DNA of 62,531 nucleotides, filler included, from Klebsormidium nitens (lineage: Eukaryota > Plantae > Klebsormidiophyceae), in NCBI GenBank assembly GCA_000708835.1. It is 5 parts of 5 records of this genome, joined end to end, with 100 filler letters (N's around TTAATTAATTAA, not from the genome) between each part and the next. Parts side by side here need not be neighbours in the genome. Positions count along the whole stretch, not along the records: positions 36,556 to 60,052 come from DF237891.1; 4 more parts are not named here. One strand, written 5' to 3'. Numbering within the stretch: position 1 is the stretch's first letter; every line of letters starts with the position of its first letter. Of this stretch, positions 48,283 to 58,619 are shown in pieces. The notes under the pieces are model-generated. The model worked only from the letters and a program-made list of their open reading frames with translations, searched no databases and was not told the origin of the DNA. The position numbers were made by a program, and so were the translations under genes.

Positions 48283-51200
48283 TCAGGACAGGTTCACCTT
48301 CTTTGCCGTAGTGCTCTTGTTGTATGCTTCTTTGGGGCAGGCTTTCCACCCATACACACCACCGCCCTTGGAAACTGATTTATGATGCTGCAAGCGTCCA
48401 CTTGAGTTCCTGGTCCTTCTGAAGACGCCATACGTGGTTGGCCGCCCATCTGAAGTGATGAGGTTGTGATTCGCATATGTTCTGGGGATAGTTGGACTTG
48501 CAGTGGGTGGTCCAAAGTTGCTTCTAGCACTTGTCCATTGGCCACTTGTGTTGGGCTGGGAAGGTCCAGCATTGTTCTGAGCGGTCTCTGCTGCCTGAAG
48601 ATGGTCTCGAGCTTTTGCTATGTGCTGAGCGGCAGCTGCCGCGTTCCTGGCCTTGATTGCATTGTTAGCTTCGACTACGCTGGCTGCTGTCTGGTGGGCA
48701 TCGGGGGCATTAGGATGCAGATTGTTGACCGCCTCCTCAATGTGNNNNNNNNNNNNNNNNNNNNNNNNNNNNNNNNNNNNNNNNNNNNNNNNNNNNNNNN
48801 NNNNNNNNNNNNNNNNNNNNNNNNNNNNNNNNNNNNNNNNNNNNNNNNNNNNNTGGGAGCTTTGTGGGATCCTTTCGAGATTGCCTTGCGAGGACCGAGC
48901 GTTCCTCTGGAGCGCATGACGGGTGCTATTTGAGCAGTTTTTGCTTGACCGCGGTTCTGCTGGGAAGGTCCGACGTTCTCTGCCGCCTCCAAATGTTCTC
49001 GAGCATTCCCCACGTGCCGTGCTGTGTTGGTTGCATTCTGGGCATTCATTGCGTTTGTTGCCTCGACTATACTGGCTGCTGTTTGTGCGGCATCTGGTGC
49101 ATTGGCTTGCAAGTGGTTGAGGGCCTCCTCAATGTGTTTGTTTGCAATGGCTTGGTCCTCCCCATTTGCCATCGCATTGAGGGCTGCATGGACGTGTGCA
49201 CGTGCCCGACGATTCCTGGGAGGGTCACTGTACATCCTCATGTTCTGTGCCGAGGGGCCACCCCGGGGTGGGTACACGCCACTTGCATACCGAGTGGCTG
49301 GCTTGCTTGTCCTCCCACTACTTCGAGGGACACGGCTCTGTGCGCGTGCTAGAATGCCCGGGTAGATTTCGTCCAAGCAACGTTCCAGAATCTTTAGCTT
49401 CGCAGGGGGGGTCTTTAAGGTGAGCCTGTTGTATCTTTTCAGGACTTCTGCTTCGGACAGCTCTTTCTCGTCCCAAAGACCCGCTTTCAGCAGGATGGTC
49501 TTGCAAGGACTGAGCGTTCCCCTCTGTACCCTGGGCATCTGATGCCGCAGTGTCCCGGGGCGGAGTACGGGTGCTCTTTGCCTCCCACTGCTTTGAGCTT
49601 GGTGGGACAGAGTACCCCTGGTTAACGGCCTCACGAGACCTGCCAGGTCCTCTGCGTTTGTAATCATGTGTGGCTGGAGCATACCTGTGTTCCCGTCTCT
49701 TAATGCAGCCAATCGTCTCTGTATTTGATCCAATTCTACGTTGTTGGAATGAGTAGGACGTGCTTGGGATGGCCCAGCATTGTTTTGAAGGACTGCCTTG
49801 CCCTTTCGATTCCGTTGTCTCTGTTCATTCTCCGCTCCGTGCAAAAGTTCCCGAGCATTTGCTACATGCTGGGCGGCAGCTGCCGCGTTTCGGGCATTGA
49901 TTGCATGATTTGCTTCGACTACGCTGGCTGCTGTCTGGTGGGCATTGGGGGCATCAGGTTGCAGGTTGTTGACCGCCTCCTCAATGTGTGCGTTTGCGAT
50001 TGCTGTACCCTGGCCACTTGCAACCGCATCAAGGGCTGCCTGGACTTGTGCACGTGCGCGACGATTCCTGGGAGGGTCACAGTACATGTTCATGTTTTGT
50101 GCCGAGCGGCCACCCCGGGACGGATAAACGCCGCTTGCGTACCGAACCACCGGCCTTCTTGTCCTTCCACTTCTTCGTGGGACGCTCGGGGCGTTTGCTG
50201 CGTGACCCCCAAAGCGAGGCCAAAGCCGAGGCCAAGGCCATTTCGAGGTCTTTTGGTGCTGGGCAGACGGACGTTCGAGAAATCTGGAGAAGCAGGATTC
50301 CCCGCTTTACGCTTTGGCACTCTCGTCCTTCCAGCTGTTGCTGTGTGATTGGGTCTCTCCATATAGCTGCGGACCCTTTGGCGTCGAGATGCGTCCCTGT
50401 CGCGTTTCTGTTGTCTTCTGGACAAGGGGTAGGGCGCGCTCGTCACGTGAACGCGCTTGCGCCTGGGTTTTGGACCGTAGAATGTGCGGGCACTCCTTTC
50501 TTCATCCACATTCAAGGCAGCATCTTCGTCACTCGAGTTGGAAGATTCAACCCTCTCGAGATAGCTTCTGACCCGTTGGCGTCGAGATGCGTCCCTGTCA
50601 CGTTTTTGCTGTCTTCTGGACAAGGGGTAGGGCGCGCTCGTTACGTGAAAGCGCTTGCGCCTGGGTTTTGGACCGTAGAAGGCACGAGCGGATCTCTCTG
50701 CTTCTCTCATCCTTTCTTCGGCGGCACGGGCTTCCTGTCGCCTTCTCAGGTTGTTGTGCCGCGTGTCTCTCTGAGGTCGCGCGTAGGGACTAGGGCGCGG
50801 GGGGCGTGAGTGGTGTCGAAATTCTGGTCCCGTGGGCCTGGACGTCGAGCTTTGAGCACCGTAGAATGATGTTGCATCCCTTTCTGCCTCCGTGTCCGCC
50901 GCTGCTTGGGCTGCACGGACTTCCGCGTTCAGCTGGTCTTGGGATTTCATCTTGAAGCACTCACTGACGCGCTGGAAGTAGTCTTTGGAGTCGACGCCGT
51001 ACATTGCTGTCTTGTCAGGATGGAACTTTAGAGACCACTTACGAAAAGCTTTCAGAGTCTCAGCCTCCGTAGGCTTGCGGATGTTTTTCAGGAGCTCCTC
51101 GCAGCTTTGTTTAGCACTGGAAGCAATGATGGATTCGAGCTCCCGCTTTTTGGCATTCTTCTCTTGCCTCACGCGATTGACATTTGCTGCGTGATTTGGG

Positions 51201-52402
51201 CCGTGGTGGGAAGGCCCAGCATTGTTCTGTGCAACTGCCTTGCCCTTTCGGTTCCGTTCCCTTTGTCTTTTCTCCGCCGCCTGAAGATGGTTTCGAGCAT
51301 TTTCTACATGCTGAGTGGCATCTGCCGCGTTTTGAGCATTGATTGCACGGTTTGCCTCGATCACACCGGCTGCTATTTCGGGAGCATCCGGGGCATCAAC
51401 TTGCAGGTGGTTGACAGCCTCCTCAATGTGAGCGTTTGCGATTGCTGCATCTCGACCGTTCACCACTGCATCAAGGGCTGCGTTGACGTGTGCACGTGCC
51501 TCAGGATCCCTGGGGGGGTTACTGTACATCCTTCTGTTGTGTGCCGATCGGCCACCCCGCGGTGCATAGTTGCTGTTTGTGAAGCGAACCACTGGCGTTC
51601 TTGTCCTCCCGCTTCTTCGTGGGCCAAGCGTGTGGGGCTTTTTAAAGATGGTCTTGCGAGGACCTAGTGCTTCTCCGTGTACCCCCGAGCGCGTCGCGGG
51701 CACTCTTGGCCTCTCGCTACCTTGAGAAGCATTTATGTCATCGACTGGATTGTCGTGATTGACATCCATATCATCTACAACATCCTCCTGTGGGGTTTGA
51801 GGGTGGGTGGACGGCCCAGCATTGTTTTGAGCACGTGTCTTTCCCTTTCGGTTTCGTTCTCTCTGTTCTTTAGCTTGCACGGCCATCTGCCGGAGCTCTG
51901 CAGAGAGCCCCTCCCGCCTCGTACCTTGACCGCTTCCGACAAACGCCCTCCTCGGTGCGACTTGCCCCCCACTCCTTGCCAGGCCGTGCTGCTCGCCTCT
52001 CGGTCGGTCGAGGCCAGCAAGGGAGTCATCTTCGTCTGAATCACCCTCATCGAGCAGACCCCCATACAGCTGCCGGTTGATATGTTGCTGTACTCTGTTT
52101 CGAGCCGCAGCTGCACGCTGTTGTTGCTCCCTAACCTCTGTTGCGTTTCGTTGCTGCTGCTGGTATATTTGATCGACCCATGCATCATCTTGAACGGTCT
52201 GGAAGCAGTCAATCACTCTCTGGAGAAGTTCTGTTTGACCATACCTGGCAGTATACTCTTGGACCCAGCTTTCAAAACGAGACCTTGCATCATTCTCGGT
52301 CAGACCGGGTTCCCATATACCTAGGACCCTGAGGATGTCCGTACACGGCATGCTTCGAGCGAGGCGGGCACAAACGTCATCCACATTGGTAGTCGTCCCC
52401 AT
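48283..52402 (-). CDS. Giant (>1300 aa) repeat protein with an internal J-domain and four ~95-aa Ala/Asn-rich modules; frameshift near 50200-50250, gap at 48745-48853
   Basis: TLKAFRKWSLKFHPDKT (HPD motif). The module Y..RGG.SA.N..MY..PPR..RARAHV.AAL.A...AIAN.HIEEA.N.LQ..AP recurs near 51250-51620, 49860-50150, 48960-49290 and 48580-48745; stop TGA at 48283. Confidence 0.7.
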
Positions 52403-53472
52403 ATCTGCACGTGGCGGGCGTGCATTCGGGCCTGCTNNNNNNNNNNNNNNNNNNNNNNNNNNNNNNNNNNNNNNNNNNNNNNNNNNNNNNNNNNNNNNNN
52501 NNNNNNNNNNNNNNNNNNNNNNNNNNNNNNNNNNNNNNNNNNNNNNNNNNNNNNNNNNNNNNNNNNNNNNNNNNNNNNNNNNNNNNNNNNNNNNNNNNNN
52601 NNNNNNNNNNNNNNNNNNNNNNNNNNNNNNNNNNNNNNNNNNNNNNNNNNNNNNNNNNNNNNNNNNNNNNNNNNNNNNNNNNNNNNNNNNNNNNNNNNNN
52701 NNNNNNNNNNNNNNNNNNNNNNNNNNNNNNNNNNNNNNNNNNNNNNNNNNNNNNNNNNNNNNNNNNNNNNNNNNNNNNNNNNNNNNNNNNNNNNNNNNNN
52801 NNNNNNNNNNNNNNNNNNNNNNNNNNNNNNNNNNNNNNNNNNNNNNNNNNNNNNNNNNNNNNNNNNNNNNNNNNNNNNNNNNNNNNNNNNNNNNNNNNNN
52901 NNNNNNNNNNNNNNNNNNNNNNNNNNNNNNNNNNNNNNNNNNNNNNNNNNNNNNNNNNNNNNNNNNNNNNNNNNNNNNNNNNNNNNNNNNNNNNNNNNNN
53001 NNNNNNNNNNNNNNNNNNNNNNNNNNNNNNNNNNNNNNNNNNNNNNNNNNNNNNATAAGCCGAGGAAATTTGTCGACTATGGTTATGTGAAGTATGTGCT
53101 TGGAGGCAGCTTATTGACATGCTGGGTACTTTTGGCTCATTCCGCCCGAAGTTCTTGTACTACAGCTGTGACATGCCTCTGCACGTTGCTCTATCCGCTC
53201 GACAAGTGGTCCCGAAATTCGCGGTCCGAATAGCTTGGCGTTCGATTGCCCTTTCCTAAACACCTGGCGATGAGACGTATCTACGGAAGAGCTTGGGATT
53301 CACTTCGGCCCCCGGGGTGAATTGCTCAACAGCTTTGAAATCAATCAGGAGGCCAAGGACCAGCAGAGCGATAAGGCAGTAGTAGAGAAACATGCTTGCA
53401 TACACCTTGTGAACAAAATCAGCTGCTTCGGTTAGCTTGCCATGAATTTTTTCCGACAACCATGTAACAGCT

Positions 53473-53606
53473 ATGAGGGCTTCTATAGTCCCAGTCCTGG
53501 TGCTTGCCATGCTGACCACATCTGTCTCTTCTGCAAGCGTCGCTCGAAGATCTCTCCTGTGTGCGAATCACACCTGCCACAACGTCACTCAAACGCCTGG
53601 CCCGGA
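53473..53606 (+). pseudogene. Truncated paralog of the secreted Pro-rich protein at 55840
   Basis: MRASIVPVLVLAMLTTSVSSASVARRSLLCANHTCHNVTQTPGP, near-identical to the N-terminus of the 55840 gene; runs into an N gap and the downstream sequence is unrelated. Confidence 0.7.
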
Positions 53607-53712
53607 NNNNNNNNNNNNNNNNNNNNAAAGTTCACACGGTGTTGACCTGCATTTGGACCCGTGCCAGTACTCGCAAATGCCACATGACGACGTCCACTCG
53701 TCCCTCTACTAA

Positions 53713-54195
53713 CTACAGGACGCGCGATTGGGCTTGTGCTAGTATCCACCCCCCTGTTTTGCCTGCTTCCGACACTGGCATCAGTACCTCTGCCAATGCC
53801 TCCGATCTGTAAGCCCACCTTGACTCCCCCGACCTGCGTGCCTCTGTTGAATCGTCCTGTCTGTGTGCCCATGTTGACTCCCCCGACTGTGTGCCTCTAT
53901 TGAATCTTCCTGTTTGTGTGCCCACACCGCCCCTCCTGACTGGTTGGGGCCTTGTCTGTCCTCTAAAGGTCTGACGGCAGTGTCTGTGTTGCCAGCAGAG
54001 CGTGCTGCCAAGCTCTGCTAAACGCGAGCACTGCCTGTGACCGGTCTTGACCACACACATGCACCGTGCTAGAGCAGGACTGCGCTGAGTTGCACTGCTA
54101 CCGCATGCCTGATGGAGATGACAGAAGCGGGATTGAGCTATGGCAGGGAGGGAGCAGCGACGCCCCCGTTGCGTTCTGCAAGCACACTGCATCAC
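53713..54195 (-). CDS. Small Cys/His zinc-binding repeat protein (DUF5763-like C..T..G..C...C..H x2) with a GTQTGRFNR repeat tail, probably frameshifted
   Basis: CACRTQRGRRCSLPAIAQSRFCHLH and CMCVVKTGHRQCSRLAELGSTLCWQH. Confidence 0.5.
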   Translation of the reverse strand: MMQCACRTQRGRRCSLPAIAQSRFCHLHQACGSSATQRSPALARCMCVVKTGHRQCSRLAELGSTLCWQHRHCRQTFRGQTRPQPVRRGGVGTQTGRFNRGTQSGESTWAHRQDDSTEARRSGESRWAYRSEALAEVLMPVSEAGKTGGWILAQAQSRVL

Positions 54196-54311
54196 TTACT
54201 CGTAAGCCGAGGAAATTTGTGGACAATGGTTATAGGAAGCCCGTGACATTGATTAGAAATTCCGCACCCTTTCAAAAAGCAGTACTGTAGTGACTGTACA
54301 AGTGTAGCAGA

Positions 54312-55562
54312 TCACACAATTGCGTCCAGGCAACAGTCTGTAATGGTAAATGCCTCATCCTCCATTATTGTTGGCTTGCCGTCCTTCAGATCGTAGTACA
54401 TGTATTGAACGTACAGACCTTCTGATTCCATCTCTGCTGCCTCATCAATGGCTTCGAGCAGACGTGCCTCTCGAATCTTGCGTGTGACCGCTGCTCGCTT
54501 CCCGTCAATCTGGAACGCATGAGGGTTGTAGCGAATGATGTGCACGGGCAGTGAGTTGCCTTCGATGGCCCACGCCTCGTAGATCTGCAGCATTCGTGCC
54601 ACATCGCAAGCCACTCCGTAGCCTTCGTGCTGGTACTCGTCAACCTCGATCACAATGATCTTCCCCTTGTGGTCGAGGATGAAGTCAATACGCGCGAACG
54701 AGCCCCCCAAGCAGTCAAAGGTCACATGATGCTCGCGCTTGAAAGGGAGTCCGGCCTTTGTGAGTAGCTTGGCAATCCGCTCCTCCTCGCGCTTCCGACG
54801 CTGCTGGCCCTCCTTCGTGTGGTAGTAGAAAGTGTGTGTCTTCAGGGGGTCGCCCCTCGAAAATGCTTCCTCGCAGTCTGCTTCGATGCACTTGTATGGC
54901 TTCTCGCCCGTATGCGTGCGCTCGTGCAACGTCAGATGTATACTTTGTGCGAAAGCTTTACCACATCCGGGATGAGAGCACGCATACGGCTTTTCACCCG
55001 TATGTGTACGCTCGTGCGTTCGAAGCTGTGTGCCTTGCGTAAAAGCGGCGCCACAGCCTGAGTAAGTGCATTTAAACGGCTTTTCGCCCGTATGTGTGCG
55101 CTCGTGAGACCTTAAGGCGCTGAGGTGTGAGAAAGCGGCTCCGCAGTTGAAAAAGGTGCATTGATATGGCCTCTCGCCCGTATGTGTGCGTTCGTGCTCC
55201 TTTAATTGGTCAGCCCTTGCACAAAGGGTGCTGCAATCTCGAAAAGAGCACTTGAAAGCCTTCTCAGCGGTATGCTGCGTGACTTTGTGTCGAGCAAGGG
55301 TCTTACTTCTGTTGAATTCAGCATCGCAATCTGGATGATCGCATTTGAATTCCTTTTCGTCGGTGTGCACCGAGGATTTGTGTTGAGCAAGGTTATCGCT
55401 TCTCGTGAATTTGGCGCCACAGTCCTGATGATCACACTTGAAAGCCTTCTCGTCAGTATGCACCGTGGATATGTGTCGAGCAAGGCTGTCAGTTCTTGTG
55501 AATTTGGCACCACAATCTCGATGATTGCACACGTACCACTTTTGCACGACTGGAGAAGCCAT
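54312..55562 (-). CDS. Intact 8x C2H2 zinc-finger array fused to a PD-(D/E)xK/Vsr-like endonuclease (416 aa from M at 55562)
   Basis: Eight C-x4-C-x12-H-x3/4-H fingers, four TGE(K/R)P linkers; C-terminal ARIDFILDHKGKIIVIEVDEYQHEGY...CDVARMLQI...IIRYNPHAF...VQYMYYD; no stops, no introns. Confidence 0.9.
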   Translation of the reverse strand: MASPVVQKWYVCNHRDCGAKFTRTDSLARHISTVHTDEKAFKCDHQDCGAKFTRSDNLAQHKSSVHTDEKEFKCDHPDCDAEFNRSKTLARHKVTQHTAEKAFKCSFRDCSTLCARADQLKEHERTHTGERPYQCTFFNCGAAFSHLSALRSHERTHTGEKPFKCTYSGCGAAFTQGTQLRTHERTHTGEKPYACSHPGCGKAFAQSIHLTLHERTHTGEKPYKCIEADCEEAFSRGDPLKTHTFYYHTKEGQQRRKREEERIAKLLTKAGLPFKREHHVTFDCLGGSFARIDFILDHKGKIIVIEVDEYQHEGYGVACDVARMLQIYEAWAIEGNSLPVHIIRYNPHAFQIDGKRAAVTRKIREARLLEAIDEAAEMESEGLYVQYMYYDLKDGKPTIMEDEAFTITDCCLDAIV

Positions 55563-55839
55563 GTTGAATTGATGCTTCTTGGGGTCCTGCAAGTCCCTAA
55601 GCAATGATTCTGTGCTGCTCAGACGCCTGGTGATGCCATGAATCTCTGAAAAAGTGTTGGATTCACCTCGGCCCATGGAGTAAATTGCTCCACAGCTTTG
55701 AAGTCGATCAAGAGGCCAAGGACCAGCAGAGCAATCAGGCAGTAGTAGAGAAACATGCTTGCATATACACCTTGTAAACAAAATCAGCTTGCTTCGGTTG
55801 GTGTGCCATGAATTTTTTCCGACAACCATGGTAACAGCT

Positions 55840-56481
55840 ATGAGGGCCTTTGTAGCCCCGTTCTTGGTGCTCGCCATGCTGACCATGTCTGCCTCTGCTG
55901 CAAGCATCTCTCGAAGATCCCTATTGTGTGCCAATCACACCTGCCATAACGTCACTCAAACACCTAGCCCGGAAACACTTCCAATCTCGTACAATTACCC
56001 GCCTCCAATGACAACACAGAGCTCTCCCCCACCCCAGCCAACAGAGACACAGAGCCCTCCACCTCCTGCAACAGAGAGTCCAACACTACCACCAAACCCC
56101 CCTCCTCCAATTCAGACTGAGGCTCCAACACCCGAACCAACTGAAGCCCCCACCGAAGCGCCCACTGCAACCCCAACTGAGGCTCCCACCCCAATTCCCA
56201 CACAAACGGAAGTCCCTTGTGTAAATACCACAGATGCACCCTCTCCTGAGCCTGCAATCGCGCCTGCTCCCCAGCCGATTGCACCGGCTCCGACTGTGCA
56301 GCCATCCCCCCCGCCAGAAATCCTGCCCATAGAGGCTCCAAGCCCAGCCCCCGCTCAAGCCCCTTGTGACGAACCGAGTCCCTCACCTGTCATTGCACCC
56401 GCACCAGCGCCATCAGAAGACCCCATGCAGGTCTGCTACAACTCATATGAACTGAAGAGCTGCACTTGCAAGTGCAACTAA
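55840..56481 (+). CDS. Secreted Pro/Thr/Ala-rich (HRGP/AGP-like) protein with terminal Cys motifs
   Basis: Hydrophobic signal-like N-terminus MRAFVAPFLVLAMLTMSASA; TEAP/PAPAP repeats; ends CYNSYELKSCTCKCN; intronless. Confidence 0.75.
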   Translation: MRAFVAPFLVLAMLTMSASAASISRRSLLCANHTCHNVTQTPSPETLPISYNYPPPMTTQSSPPPQPTETQSPPPPATESPTLPPNPPPPIQTEAPTPEPTEAPTEAPTATPTEAPTPIPTQTEVPCVNTTDAPSPEPAIAPAPQPIAPAPTVQPSPPPEILPIEAPSPAPAQAPCDEPSPSPVIAPAPAPSEDPMQVCYNSYELKSCTCKCN

Positions 56482-57156
56482 GCTGCCCTCAACAAAACCT
56501 TTGCGGACTATACCGAGCATGTCACTGAATCAGACTCAGATACTTGCACGCATCAATGATGTCAGACGCAAGCATGGGGCACCCGCCCTTGTTTGAGACG
56601 AGGCCCTCGCCAGGTGTGCTCAGGACTGGGCGAATCGGAAGCAGTTCGTTCACTCGACCGACCGGCAGTACGGGGAGAATCTGGCAAAGGTGTGGAGCTT
56701 CGAGCCGGACATGCACACCGCAATAGATCNNNNNNNNNNNNNNNNNNNNAATCGGCTCTCGCCAGGGACGCGCTGCGTGTATGACACGACTGGCGGCGCA
56801 AAGACCGTCCTTTGCCGGGAGCGTGGGTTTGAGACGTATCGAGACATCAATGGTGCGAAGGAGCATCTTCCTCAAGCAAAGGCAATTCCGTCCACCCAAT
56901 CCGGATGATTTCTTCCCATGATGCGAGCAGGCTGAGCGTTGACACCCCGTGCACTGAGTTATCGCACAATTCTTAGTGTTTTCGATTCGAATTGGATTCT
57001 TGAACAAGACATACATGTTCCTACTAACACCTGCATAAACTTCAAGCACAGAGTGGCGTAGACACTATTTTACTCAAGGGCTGGTTGTGCCGCTCAGTGT
57101 ACATTCCCTGAGCAGCAAAGCGGTTGCAAAATATTTGCCCATGTCCTTTAGAGTAG

Positions 57157-57867
57157 ATGCCATACATCCCGTCCCCCATTCGAATGCGGCCAAAAAGGAA
57201 TGATCCACACTGGTTGAAGTGGACACCGGACACTTATGACCGATACCTGACACAGAGCTGGTACACACCAGAACGCCTTGCAAAGGCAATGTCATCTATA
57301 GTCGAGCGGGACATACAGTCAACCGGGGGGAAAAGTCATGATTGGTCGATGTGGGACCCAGCTGCTGGTAGCGGGCGATTGTACGAATGCTTCACGAGCC
57401 GCAATCGCTTTGCATCTGATCTGCGAGGGACAGACTTTCCATGCAAGAGTGACAAACGATTTTTTGGGGGCATAGACTTCCTCAAAAACGTTCTTCAGCC
57501 TCTGGTTACACGCAAGCAGATATATTTGATTGTGAATCCGCCTTTTGGGGACCTCACATGCCACTTCATAAACAGGGCGTTTGATGGGACCTACCCTGTC
57601 AAGCGTGCTCTGTTTTTGGTAAGCGGTGCAGCAAACTCCGCCCGCTATCTTGACAAGGTTGATTACTCACGCTGTGTGCTTGTTCAGAAGAGCAAACCAT
57701 TCACGGCAGACTTTGAGATCCTGCTCGAGCCCCGTCAAGGGGGGCTACCAAAGTATCGGTCAAACAAGCAGAACGTGCAACTCATGCTGTTTTACTCATC
57801 CCATGAATACAAGGCAAACTCGAATCTGCTCACCAAGAGACGAAAACAAATGCTCCGTGTACCTTGA
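57157..57867 (+). CDS. Putative N6-adenine (or N4-C) DNA methyltransferase, gamma-type motif order
   Basis: WYTP (motif X), WDPAAGSG (motif I), IDFL, IVNPPFG (motif IV); intronless. Confidence 0.8.
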   Translation: MPYIPSPIRMRPKRNDPHWLKWTPDTYDRYLTQSWYTPERLAKAMSSIVERDIQSTGGKSHDWSMWDPAAGSGRLYECFTSRNRFASDLRGTDFPCKSDKRFFGGIDFLKNVLQPLVTRKQIYLIVNPPFGDLTCHFINRAFDGTYPVKRALFLVSGAANSARYLDKVDYSRCVLVQKSKPFTADFEILLEPRQGGLPKYRSNKQNVQLMLFYSSHEYKANSNLLTKRRKQMLRVP

Positions 57868-58619
57868 GCCTTCCCTTTTGATGTTGCCTATGTTCAGGAG
57901 ATGCGATAACGTCCTTTTGTCTAATTTATATGCCAAACTGCTTTTTCAGCCTCTTGCTGAGCTTCAATGCATCTGCCAACTCGTGGATCCTATCCGGATA
58001 GAAAACCCTAAGGTGATCAAGAACTCTTTTCTTGTGTGTTGCGCTGATGTTATGGTGGACGGGATGTACTGCTGTTCCTGGGTGTGGACACACAGGGCAA
58101 CTGAAAACCTTGGCATTCCTGGGCCCGGTATTCTTGGACCGTAGCGCAAAGACCTCTGCATCCAAGGTGTTGATCTGGGGTGGCGCTTCGCTCTGAACCT
58201 GGATCTGACAATGGCTCTCCCACCCTTCGTTTGCCGAGCTCTTGTCATCCTCAACCTGCGGGGAATGGGACTACATGTCGAGTTTGCACATCAGTATCAG
58301 CTAACAAAGCAGTAATCCCACTTTCTCTAAATGCAGTCTTGCCAACCATTTTATTGCACTGGGGACCACGGACCATTGTTGTTATCCAGAACATTCCTTT
58401 CAGTTGATTCCTCACCGATGGGGGGGCAACCAGTAGACACTGTACCCTGTTTTGAGGGGGTAATGCTACCTGCATCAAATGATGGAATTATGTGAGATGT
58501 TCTCTACGCCTGCAGTGTGGCAATCCTCAGCTTTGACTGTAACAATCAGTTTGACATATGAATCGAGAAATGTCAGTTGAGGACGTCTGCCAACGCAGTA
58601 AAATGTCCAGGCACTGCAA

